Below are positions 14,883 to 26,587 of a stretch of DNA of 64,000 nucleotides, piece by piece (the stretch's first letter is position 1; every line of letters begins with the position of its first letter). Source of the stretch: the human T2T-CHM13v2.0 reference genome, Homo sapiens. The position numbers and the translations under genes are program-made. The DNA lies in the NCBI RefSeq assembly GCF_009914755.1, contig NC_060928.1, one strand, 5' to 3'. A model generated the notes under the pieces. That model had not been told where the DNA came from, ran no database searches, and saw nothing but the letters and a program-made list of their open reading frames with translations.

Positions 14883-16280
14883 AACCCCATTTTTAAAAGT
14901 TTTTTTTTTCTTTTTTTTAAACAAGAGAAAATAGATACATGTTGGTCAGTGCTAACTGTCCATATTCACATAGACACACAGTGTACTTTCTGAGCCCAAT
15001 ATACAGAGAAAGGAGGCAAGAAGCTAGAATTCTATGCACTGCTACGCAGGAGCCTAGCACCCTCCAGCTTCCAGCAGAGCGAAGGGAGCAGGTTTTTCTT
15101 TTTTCCCACAGAACTTGGTGGTGTTGATTCCATACAGTTTTTATTCAGACAGGAAGGGATAAAAATGAATTTCGAACAGAAAGGGGTAGAGACTCTTTTC
15201 TCAATGTAGTCTGCTCAAGATATTTCCCCCAATTAAGTGTAGAGAAAAGAGACCTCAAGAATAGGGCGACTGAGCACAGGAGGCAAAAACAAAACAAAAT
15301 AAAACAGACTACAACTTGCTCCCAGGGACTGGAGAAAATTTAAAAAGGGGAAGGTTGGAATCCATCAGTATTCTATTAGTCATCTCTTTCATCCTTCTCT
15401 CCTTCCTCCCCTTCATCATCATCTTCTTCACCTTCATCTTCATCCCCTTCTTCATCAGTGTCTTCTAATCCTTCCTCCTCCTCCTCATTATCATCTTCTC
15501 CTTCTTCATCATCCATATGGGGAACCAAGTAGTACTGTAATGGGTTTGGCCAAATATCATCTTTGATGTCCTCTCCTAAGTCATCGGCCCCTGCATCAGA
15601 ATGGTCAGTAAACCAGGTCAAGAAGCTCTCTGGTGCCTCATGCTGCCTCTTCCTGCTGGCTTTATTCTGCATTTGACTTAAACGTTTCGTCACATCCTTT
15701 CCAGATTTCCATTTGATTTCAGTGGATTTTGAAGATGGATTACCACTCTCATTCAGATGAAATTCTTTGGAGAGAACTTTATTTTCAAAGTAAGGATTTT
15801 CATCAAAATAAAAATCTACTCTGTAACCTGATTTAATATCTTCAAATTCTGTCACTTCAACTCTGGTCAAATAATGCAATGTCTCTTCGTTTTCCTTCCC
15901 AAGCAGTGCAGACACTTGTAAATGATTGCCAAATGTTGTTACCCCCAAATTTAGGATTTTAGAGATCAATTCTGACCTCTTCTGAAAAAATGGTTGGCGG
16001 AGTTTGTTATATTTCTGTTCTACTTTCAAAATCTCCTCATTGTCTTGTTCATTAAGTCTGTCTATTTCATTTTGTATTTCATCAATGTGTTCAATTGCTT
16101 CTTGCTGTTCTTTTTCGCCCTTCTTTGGCAAGCCTACAGAGGCCGAAGTCTCCTCTGGTCTCAGAACAGGAGGTGGTCTTGGTGTCTTCTTTCGAGACAG
16201 GAGGGAAGACTGGCATTTGGGGGCCAGGCTGCTAGGGAAGCCCAAGAACCAGACCACCAGTCTCCTTGCTCAGGCAGAAA
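14883..16280 (-). pseudogene. SETP20: Processed SET (TAF-I alpha isoform) retrocopy with uninterrupted frame 16257-15376; probably SETP20
   Basis: Intronless NAP domain plus acidic tail, close to SET ([13 protein letters not shown]..., [13 protein letters not shown]). Alpha-type N-terminus APK.QS. Start ATG replaced by CTG at 16227-16225. The locus symbol is from memory. Confidence 0.93.
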
Positions 16281-16689
16281 ACTCCAATTTCTTATATTTA
16301 ATTTCATGAACATAGCTTATATGTTAGCAAGTTTAAGGTCATTTTTGAGATTCCCTTTGAGGCCCACCATGTGGGCATTACATTGTGAATCATCCATATG
16401 TGTTTGAAATAATGTGTACTCTCATTTGGGTACAGAGTTCTTTAATACTCTATTAGCAATGGAGGTCCAGGACCTGGAGACAGAATAGGGAAAGGAATAT
16501 CCTTCTCTATTTACCATTAAAATTCTATCAAAGTGGGAGGCCCAATGGATAACAGGAGTATTCCTGGAAGCCATTCCTACGTGGGCATGGCTAGCAATAT
16601 CTTAACAATACATAGAAATGACCATGAACCACACAAAAATATCCCACTAAACCCAAAGTAAATGTATCTCCAGCTCAGCTTGCTCTTTG

Positions 16690-16905
16690 CTTCCTAGAGA
16701 GACAGAAAGTAGATTAGTAGTTGCCTGGGGCTGGAGGTAAGAATGGAGAGTGAGGCAAATGAGCCTGAGGAATCTTTCTAGAGTGATGGAAATGTTCTAA
16801 TTGATTGTGGTGACTGTTGCACAACTCTGTAAATTTGCCAAAAATAACTTTTAATAAATGAAAGTTACGATATGTAGATCATACCTTAATAGAGCTGTTT
16901 ACAAA
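16690..16905 (+). mobile_element. Ancient L1M 3' end fragment
   Basis: AGAGACAGAAAGTAGATTAGTAGTTGCCTGGGGCTGG...GTGATGGAAATGTTCT..GCACAACTCTGTAAAT. Confidence 0.75.
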
Positions 16906-19037
16906 GTTTTTTTTTTTTTGAAAAGCGAGATCAGAGATTCGAATGTGAAAAGGCTGTGACATATAAGTAATACTTATGAACTAGCTCACATTGAGTAATC
17001 GTTTTGTCTCATCAAGAGTCCTATATACTGTGGGAAAGTTTGTTGTGCACCCGAAACATCTATGTGTGCCGAGCGACTTTGTGGACAGTGCCTCCCCGGT
17101 AAACCCGCTCTGTCTGCAGTGTCCGGAGCTTCTCCCACAGGAGTTTGCTAATCCCACCTTTGTGGCCAGATTCTGTGCTGCAAAACGGACATCTCCTCCC
17201 CCTCTTCTCCATTCCCCTCCTTCCTAATAAGACTCTTTTCTGGAGAACTGAGGTCAACATCAGATTTCAAATATTTAAAGTGGATACAAAACTATTTCAG
17301 CAATGCAGACAATTAGTTGCATTGTTGTGGTCAATGCAGTTGTTGGTAAAACATGTCTCCTGATATCCTACACAACAAATTTCCATCCTAATAGATACAG
17401 ACTGTTTTTGACAACTATGCACTCACAGTTAGGACTGGTGCAGAGCCATATACTCTTAGACTTTTAATTCTGCAGGGCAAGAAGATTATGACAGACTATA
17501 ACTCCTGAGTTATCTACACAGATATATTTCTAGTCTGTTTCTCAGTGGTCTCTCCATGTTCATTTTAAAGTATGAAAGAAAAGTGAGGGCCTGAGATAAC
17601 TCACCACTGTCCAAAGGCTCCTTTCTTGCTTGTCACAACCCAAATTGATCTCAGAGGGTCTATTATTGAGAAAATTACCAAGAACAAATAGAAGCCTATC
17701 ACTCCAGAGACTGCTGAAAAGCCGGCCCACAACCTGAAGGCTGTCAAGTATATGGACGGTCCTGTACCCACACAGCAAGATCTAAAGAATGGATTTGACA
17801 AAGCAATATTGGCTGTCCTGGAGCCTCCAGAACTGAAGAAGAGCTGGAAGCCTATGCTGCTATGAACATCTCTCCAGAGCCCTTTCTGCACAGCTGGTGT
17901 AGGCATCATACTAAAAGCAATGTTTAAATCAAACAAAAGATTAAAAATTAAAATTCATTTATGCAATAATGACAAATACCCTGCACCAACCCACATGCAT
18001 CCATGTGAGACAGGGATTAGAGGTATGGCCCACTTCTCCCTCCCAATACTAGTTAATTCTGAGTAATTGTGTATTGTTAGAAAAGTGATCAGTACTCATT
18101 TTTGGTTTTTGTTTCAAAAAACAATTTTGTTTTTACTTAAAAGCAAGGCATGCTTGTGATGACTGTGTAACAGACTAATTGGAATTGTTGAAGCTGCTCC
18201 CTGGGTCCATTCTGGAGGGTAATCTGGGACATCTTAGTGGGGTTTTATTTTTTTCTTTTTTGGAGGAGGAGTGTTTGTAGGGTTTGTTTTTTAGTCTTTT
18301 TTCTTTTCTTTTCTTTTCTCTTTTTTAATTCATTAACCAGTGGTCAGTCCTTAAGAGGAGAAGGACGGATTGACTCCATATTCGACTTCCTAAATCTAGT
18401 TTAAAAAACATGTTCCCTATCTGGGGTGCTTTTAGGAAAGAATATAGTAAATGCCTTATTTAATAACATACCTCTTTTTGAAAGTTACCTTTTCTCTCCA
18501 CCCTTGAGTAGGCTCAGTATTTGATGAAACTCATGAAAGTGGGTGAAAATTCTCTTGCCCCTGTTCTTTTCTGGGATGCACTAAATATGTGACTGTGACT
18601 TTCAAGGAAATTTGTTTGCCGGTTGCTGATTTTTGGGGAAGTTAATTTCTAACTTCTTTAACTGATGAATAAAGAAAAGTATTGCACCTTTGAAATGCAA
18701 CAAGTGGATTGAGTTTGTAACTTAAAAAAACTTTTTTCCCTGTCAGTCATTGTCTTATATTATTATAGATTTGCAATCAATAGTATATGATGTTTCTAGA
18801 ATGCAGCTGAAGACCTGGTATGTAGAGGCAATGTGAAGAGCGGTAGCAGAAGACCGACATCTATGGAATGATTCACAGCCTCTCAAGTTATAAGGATGGA
18901 GACCTGCTTCATGAAGAAGTTGGGGTGTGGTGGGGATGGATAGAACACTTAACAACATGAGATCAGTCAGGGGAATCTCCTCACTTCTGTGTAGCAGACG
19001 AGGAACCCAAGAGCCCCCAAATGAGGCTCTCTGGTTT

Positions 19038-19331
19038 GTTTTTTTTTTTGAGATGGAGTCTTGCTCTGTCGCCCAGGCTGGAGTGTAGTGGCACAACCTC
19101 GGCTCACTGCAACCTCTGCCTCCCCGGGGTCAAGCAATTCTCCTCCCTTAGCCTCCCGAGTAGCCAGGACTACAGGCACGTTCCACCACGCCCGGCTAAT
19201 TTTTGTATTCTTAGTAGAGACAGGGTTTCACCAATGTTGGCCAGGCTGGTCTTGAACTCCTGATCTTGTGATCCGCCCGTCTTGGCCTCCCAAAGTGCTG
19301 GGATTACAGGCATGAGCCACCACGCCTGGCT
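19038..19331 (-). mobile_element. AluS inserted in the CDC42 retrocopy 3' UTR
   Basis: 13-bp TSD GGCTCTCTGGTTT at 19025-19037 and 19332-19344. Confidence 0.95.
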
Positions 19332-19370
19332 GGCTCTCTGGTTTAATAAAAATTGTGTAAAGAATCTTAT

Positions 19371-20906
19371 TGAAAGGTGACAATGTGCTGGCGGCCCTCG
19401 CTGGCTCTCAGCGCCTCCTTGGCCTCAGAGTCCGCTCTGGCCATGCTTGAGGAGCCCTTCAGCCCGCTGCTGCACTGTGGGAGCCCCTCTCCAGGCTTGC
19501 GGAAGCTGGTACCAGCTCCCTCTGCTTGCAGGGAGGTTGAGGGAGAGACGCGGGTGGGAACCGGGGCTGCATGTGGCCTTGCGGGACAGCGCGAGTTCCG
19601 GGTGGGCGTGGGCTCCGTGGCCCCGCACTCGGAGGGCGGCCGGCACCCCCGGCCCGGGCAGTGAAGGGCTTAGCACCTGGGCCAGCAGCTGCAGAGGGGG
19701 GCGTCAGGTCCCCCAGCACTGCCAGCCGGCCCGCGCCACGCTCAAATTCTCACCAGGCCTCAGCCACCTCCCCATGGGGCAGGGCTCGGATCTGCAGCCC
19801 GCCATGTGCAAGTCCCCCCGCGGTGGGCTTCTGCTAGGCCCTAGCCTCCCTGAGGGGCACCGCCCCTGCCTCAGCGGCGTCCAGTCCCATTGACTGCCCA
19901 AGGGCTGCTGAGTGCAGGCACGAGGCACGAGCGCAGGACTGGCAAGCAGCTCAGCCCGCAACCCTGGCATGGCATCCACTAGGGGAAGCCAACTGGGCTC
20001 CTGAGAGGGGTGGGGACTTGGAGAACTTTTATGTCTAGTTAGAGGATTGTAAATGCACCAATCAGCACTCTGTCTAGCTAAAGGTTTGTAAATGCACCAA
20101 TCAGTGCTCTGTGTCTAGCTCAGGGTTCGTGGATGCACCAATCAGCACTCTGTATCTAGCTAATCTCCTGGGGACTTGGAGAACCTTTATGTCTAGCTAA
20201 AGGATTGTAAACACACCAATCAGCACCCTGTGTCTAGCTCAAGGTTTGTAAATGCACCAATCAGTGCTCCGTGTCTAGCTAATCTAGTGGGGACTTGGGG
20301 AACCTTTATATCCAGTTAAAGGATTGTAAATACACCAATCAGCACTCTGTATCTAGCTCAGGGATTGTAGACACATCAATCAGCACCCTGTCAAAACGGA
20401 CCAATCAGCGCTCTGTAAAATGGACCAATCAGCAGGATGTGGGTGGGGCCAGATGGGGGAATAAAAGCAGGCTGCCAGAGCCAGCAGTGGCAACCTGTCT
20501 GGGTCCCGTGCCACGCTCTAGAAGCTTTGTTCTTTTGTTGTTTGCAATAAATCTTGCTGCTGCTCACTCTTTGGGTCTGCACTGCCTTTATGATCTGTAA
20601 CACTCACCGTGAAGGTTTGCAGCTTCATTTCTGAGGCCAGTGAGACCCGAACCCACTGGGAGGAATGAACAACTCCGGACGCGCCACCTTAAGAGCTGTA
20701 ACACTCACTGCCAAGGTCTGCAGCTTCACTCCTGAAGCCAGCGAAACCACTGAACCCACCAGGAGGAAGAAACTCCAAACATGTCCGAACATCAGAAAGA
20801 ACAAACTCCGGACACGCTACCTTTAAGAACTGTAACACTCACCACCAGGGTCCGCGGCTTCATTCTTGAAGTCAGTGAGACCAAGAACCCACCAATTCAG
20901 GACACA
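19371..20906 (+). mobile_element. Solo ERV9 LTR12 (LTR12C/D/E-like), 1536 bp
   Basis: TGAAAGGTGAC...CCAATTCAGGACACA termini, 4-bp TSD TTAT, GC-rich U3, tandem CCAAT repeats, U5 repeats CTGTAACACTCAC. Confidence 0.95.
20040..20490 (+). promoter_or_regulatory. LTR12 U3 enhancer/promoter: 8 CCAAT (NF-Y) boxes, GT/GC box and AATAAAA TATA-like box
   Basis: CCAAT at 20058, 20097, 20138, 20216, 20257, 20335, 20401 and 20425; GGGTGGGGCC at 20441; AATAAAA at 20460. Confidence 0.8.
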
Positions 20907-21417
20907 TTATCAAGATTCTTCACAAATGTTAATAGGGATTTTTATCAGTTTTAGTTGTAGTTTCCAATTTCTAAAAATGTTCAGGTAATTTTTTTACACC
21001 TTTCAGAACCTAGCTCATGAGTGTTGAATCAATGCTTTTTCATGTCAATTCTTTGTATAGGCATTCTTTTCAGTTGTATTAAACAAGAACCCTTCACAAC
21101 AAAAAAACAAAAATACACGCTTCTTTCACTTGGAGCACTAGCTAATAGGAGGAAAAGATTCAGGTAAGGTAATTTACCTTCCCATATGAACTTAAAGTTT
21201 CATGTGTCACTCTCCATCTGGGGCAACTGTATTTTGAAAGACATGCTAGTTAACACAGGTGAATCAGCCTTTAATAGTGATAAAGTTTTTACTATAGTAG
21301 AAACTTGTGATTCTTTCCCTTTTCAATAAGGAAAGGAGATTACCGCCAGGAGTGATTTGCCACTTATTGCAGGTTTGCCAATTTTGATTCATTAACTGAA
21401 CCCTCTTGCAGATTCAG

Positions 21418-21601
21418 GAGATAAAAATGCGGAGTGCCCAGTTAAATTTGAATTCAGATAAACACCAAATAATTTAGTATATCCCAGATATTTCATTTTT
21501 AAAATAATAAATGTGACCCATGCAATATTTGGGACATACTTCACTATTTGTATCTAAAATTCAAGTTTAACTGGGCATCCTATATTTTATCTAACAACCC
21601 T
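21418..21601. mobile_element. MER53-like palindromic MITE
   Basis: Inverted arms AGATAAAA..TGCCCAGTTAAATTTGAAT and ATTCAAGTTTAACTGGGCATCCTATATTTTATCT. Confidence 0.75.
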
Positions 21602-21719
21602 ACTGTAAGCTAGCTGTGCGAAAAATTGGTTTAGGTTGCTCTTTAATGCCTTTGGTTTGCTTTCAAAAATAAGTAGTCTCAAAACAAAGCATCCGATTTC
21701 CCAGTAGTTAGAAGAACTC

Positions 21720-23200
21720 AATACCGGTTCCGAAGCTTCTTCAATTAAAAACGTGCTTCAAAAGAGAAGCCAATTCTGTGGGAGATACTTTCCCAAAAAA
21801 CTCGGGTTTGGGCCCCTATACCGTGAACTACAAACCTCCGCAGGGGTAGGCCCGGGCTGCCCGCCTCACACCGCACTCGCCAGCGAGCAGGGGCCCGGCA
21901 CCGCAGCCCGGGGCAGAGGCCTTGGAGGTTGTGGAGGTGGGAGAGGCCTCGGCCGACCCGCTTCAATCCGTCTTCTCCAAGCTCGGTGGGGAAAACAAAC
22001 TTCCTGAGCGGCCCTGCCCCCTCCAGATGCCGGACGCTGTTTTCGTCTCATCCCCGTCTGGGTTGGATGGCGAAGACGGCGCTCAGAGCACGCAGCACCG
22101 GGAATTAACAGCGAGTTTTGAAATCTAGAGCTCGCAAGGTGTGCGTCGCCTGCTGCTGTTCATTCCAGAGGGTCTTCTGCTGGAGAAGGAGGGGGCCCTC
22201 GACCTCGGGCTCCCGCTCTCGGGCTCCCGCTCTCTCGCTCTCTTTTTTTTTTTTTTTTTTGGTCGGAGGAAAGAAAACAGCCCTGCGCCCGGATGCGTAG
22301 AGAGCCGACAAGTGGAAACAGGGACACACCCTCCCGTGAGCCCGCCCAAGCTGGAGCCGCGGCGCGCTGAGCGAGCAGGCGGGGCGGGAGCGCCCACAGC
22401 TCGGAGCCACCAGGCGCTGACGAGGAGCCCGGCTGAGGGAGGATGCGCCGCTGACGCCTGCGGGAGCCGCGCGCCTGGGGCGGGAGGATGCTCCAGAGGG
22501 GCCTCTGGCCGTGGCGCACGCGGCTGCTGCCGACCCCTGGCACCTGGCGCCCAGCGCGCCCGTGGCCGCTGCCGCCTCCGCCCCAGGTAAGAGCGGGTGC
22601 CGGGCTGTGGGGGTTCGGGGTAGGCTGGTGCAAAGTTTGCGTTGGACAACTTTGGCGGGAGCAAAAGCCGAGCGGCCGAGCAGTCAACTGCGTTTTGCTG
22701 GCTGCCGGGCTCCGCGCGCCGGGCGGTCCCGACAGGTGGTGGCCGGGCGGCCGACGTGGGTCACGGAGGCCTGGGCTGAGGTCAAGACTCCGGGCCCGGG
22801 GAAGGTGAAGCCAGAGCGCTGCGGCTGGGGGTGCCTCACCCGGGCCGAGATAGGGTGCGGGGACCACCAGACTTCGGCCTGGGAGCAGCAGAATAACCTG
22901 GGAGGCAGTTTCTGGGCTGCAGCTCTCGGTCAGGAGCAAGTTTCCAAAGCCGCTGCGCCGCGGGGCCGGTTCCCTCTTGGTGATCAGTGCCCGAGCCCCT
23001 AAGGAGCCCGGAAACGATGAACGGGGCAGTGACCGTCCCGGGTGTGGACGGTCGCAGGAGAGTGAAATTTCCATCCTGAAATCTGCGAGCACCTCCCTTT
23101 CCCAGAAGGAAGAAAAACTCGCGTTTTGTTCAGACACCCGAGAGACGGGTGAATCATGAGTGTGCTGGTGAGTAACAGTTGGCCTGACACCGTTGTATTG
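21720..23200. promoter_or_regulatory. MCUB: CpG island promoter of MCUB
   Basis: Dense CpG, GC boxes (GGGGCGGG) and TGACG half-sites spanning exon 1. Confidence 0.92.
22488..22586 (+). CDS. MCUB: MCUB (CCDC109B) coding exon 1: MLQRGLWPWRTRLLPTPGTWRPARPWPLPPPPQ, the mitochondrial presequence region
   Basis: Recognised N-terminus of the dominant-negative mitochondrial calcium uniporter beta subunit. CAG|GTAAGA donor, phase 0. Exon 2 was not found in the window. Confidence 0.93.
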
Positions 23201-23884
23201 TGGTCTGTGGAGAACCGTGGCTTGGAGGAGTAGAGAGTGGATGTGCACCAAAAAAGACTAGAAGAAGGGGAAAGCGCTGAGTTTAAGGAGGATTGCGATG
23301 GAGCCTGACAGGAGCCCGGGAGTGCAAACTCTGACCCAGATGAGGAAAGACAGCCAAAGCCTTCAGGGTGTGTGTGGTTGGGGAGGGAGCTGTTTCTGAG
23401 TTTTCGTTTGTTCCTCCCCCACACTGTTAAGATTACTTTCAGATTGTTAAAGGCTTAAAAGCCAAAAAGTAAGCAGTGTGATTCTCTTGTCACTTTCACT
23501 TCCTGTTTATTTTGTTCTTTTTTTTCCTTCCCCCCCTTTTCCTCCAGCTGTCTGAGGGCTTCAGTTTCAATTGATGCAGGGAATATTTAAGTGCATTTTT
23601 TTTTCCTTTTCATTGAGCTTGTGACCAAAGGATTAAGTGCATTCAGAAAATCAATTCCAGGAATGTTTGAAAGAGAATGAGGAAGGCCATGTTGTTACTA
23701 AATGTAAGAACAGGGGCAAACTCCTTAAAATGTAAAATGGTAGACTTATAAAGTCATTGGGGAGATGGGCTTTTTATACTTTTAAAGGTTGTACTTTTAC
23801 TGTAAGTGTTGCATTGTGTAGTCAAAGAGATACCAAACATTAAAACAACCCAATACGAGGAACCCCTTTCACATGCCATTTTAA

Positions 23885-24200
<316 letters not shown>

Positions 24201-25959
24201 CCAAGTGTTTTCTATTAAGTCCATTTAACACGTTGAGTAGCATTTTTGTGGATCCCGGGACTGGCTGCCCTTTCTCAAATTATCACCTGCAAATCCTTTT
24301 CTCCATATTTCCCATCTGATGCTGTCTAGGGTGGTGCCATTGCATACCTCAGCAGGAATGTGGATACCCTTTTAAAAGAAAATGGTACCATCGGGCTTAT
24401 TAGGCCTAATAACAGGGAAACAGTAGTTAGGAATCATCGTAAGAAGCGTTATGTTTGAATGTTTCTAATTTGCAAATTTTTGTTTTAAGCCAACTGTCCA
24501 GCTATAAAGACAATTTTCAGAACTTGAGAAGTGGAAATGCTGTTCTTTATATACAGCTTTTACATTTTACCATGAGTAAACCGATAAAAATATTCTGGCT
24601 CTTGAGGAGTTTTAGCTAGGACTACTAAACCATTTTCTGCTAATCAAATTACCTGGCTATCGGGACATTTTTCATTCTAAGATATCACTCTTTTGTGGCT
24701 TTCCCACTTGTTATGAAATATCCTGTGGGTAAAGGCAAGTATTATTTCTATTTATTTTTTTTCCCAGAAACATTCAGACCCCTAGAGCCTATGAAGCAGC
24801 TAGAAAAACAAGTAGTTTGTGACCTGACAGCTCATAAAATCTTAGCTTGCAAGGACTTGTCGTAAGCAGTATTTCAAATAAGCGTTCCCAACTATAATTG
24901 GTCTTTCTGAAGTCTTTCACACTTCTATGAGTGTGCCTTATAGGAGCATTTAATAACTTTGAAAAATACACAATTCTCATACTTCATATTGTATGTGAGC
25001 AATTGTCTGCTAGTGTTTTCTGGGTGAGGGGAAAAAAAAACAGTTTGTTGACATGGATATACAGAATTGTTTTTTAAAGAACACATTTAGTCTGAAGCGT
25101 AGTAGAGCAAGAGCATATTGTATTCATCTTTGGGCAAGGCATGGCCTGGTGGCCATAATCACGCTCTGGTGGCAGCATCTCTGCTTGTCAGCACTCTAGC
25201 TGAGTGGTTGTCAGGGCAATCCATGGCTCCTGCTGATGTTTCTGTGCACAAAGACTCAGCTTTGAGTAATTGTGGTGCTTGGTGAGTTACATCTGAACAG
25301 AAAGCCCTTGCCTAAATGTGCCTTTCTTAATTTGGATTTTGTGCTACTTAGACTGAGAAACTCCCTGATACGATTTCATGTCCCCAGTACAGCATTTGAG
25401 TCCATACATAAGCTATGTTTAAAAAATTTTTACATCAAGCACTCTGCAGAGCAGCTTAAGTATCGAGTATGCTTTTTTTAACTTCTAGAAACAAAGCATA
25501 TGGATGTTTAAATTCCACCACAAGATGTCAACTTAGAAATTGTTTTCATCTTTTTAATTTAATGAACATATCGTTCTTGTTTGACATGTTCCTACTATTC
25601 TATCTCTTGTATTTGCAGTTGGTACATTGTATTCTATTCTATAAAACTAACTTCAGAGCCCTCTCCTGAGGAGAGCAATTGGTTAAGTGTTGGTGATTGT
25701 ATTTACGCTATGGAAAAGACATTGATGCTTTGATCTCAAAGTAATGCTAGACCAGCTTGTCAATTAAATATTAAACATTACCACTTTTGCAGCACTTAAG
25801 TATTAGTGTGTTTTTTTTAGATTTTGCTTGTTATTGTGATTAAATGGTATTAGTGCTGTTTTACAGCAAATTCTAAGCTAGGAAATCATTTGTGTCTTGG
25901 CAGAAAGATATTTGTTGAATGAGGTACCTGTGAAACTAAGGTAGAAAACCTCGAGCTAA

Positions 25960-26036
25960 AACTCCTGACCTCGTGATCCTCCTGCCTCAGCCTCCCAAAG
26001 TGCTGGGATTACAGGCGTGAGCCACCGCGCCCAGCC
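25960..26036 (-). mobile_element. Alu 5' fragment (~77 bp, tailless)
   Basis: Only the start of the left monomer is present. Confidence 0.85.
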
Positions 26037-26268
26037 CACAGCACTTCTTAAAAAAATAAAAGTAAAGGAAAAAGCCAGACCTAATAATCTACTCAATCTA
26101 GTAAATATCATAAGATCCTCAGGAAGAACTCATATTTGTGGGGTGACCCTTGCCAGTCTTCAAGATTTTCCTCTCTAAAGTTTACCACAGCAAAGCTTTG
26201 TGAACCTGTCAGTTTCTTGATATGAGATTCAATGTTTTATGTCATTTCTTATTTATTTCTGCTTATAG

Positions 26269-26587
<319 letters not shown>

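Larger units (their letters stand above)
17241..21112 (+). pseudogene. CDC42P4: Processed CDC42 pseudogene (CDS remnant 17303-17865, long 3' UTR, decayed A tail ~21099-21112); probably CDC42P4
   Basis: ATGCAGACAATT..., [45 protein letters not shown] and [11 protein letters not shown] (ubiquitous-isoform C-terminus). No introns; frameshifts and stops. The symbol is from memory. Confidence 0.93.

Noticed and set aside
17303-17865. Functional CDC42 retrogene
   Set aside because: Early frameshift, several stops and loss of the CAAX cysteine.
20040-20430. Spaced CACCAATCAGCA repeats resembling an array
   Set aside because: Standard LTR12 U3 enhancer repeats.
22587-22808. Continuation of the MCUB ORF to 106 aa
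   Set aside because: It reads through the CAG|GTAAGA donor into intron 1.
22160-23251. 363-aa minus-strand ORF and other long ORFs over the CpG island
   Set aside because: Stop-poor GC-rich DNA gives P/R/G/A-rich frames, there is no recognisable domain, and the poly-K comes from a T homopolymer.
25140-25530. CTCF-like motifs (GCCACCAGAGCG on -, CCACAAGATGTCA on +)
   Set aside because: Mismatches at core positions; not supportable without ChIP data or PWM scoring.
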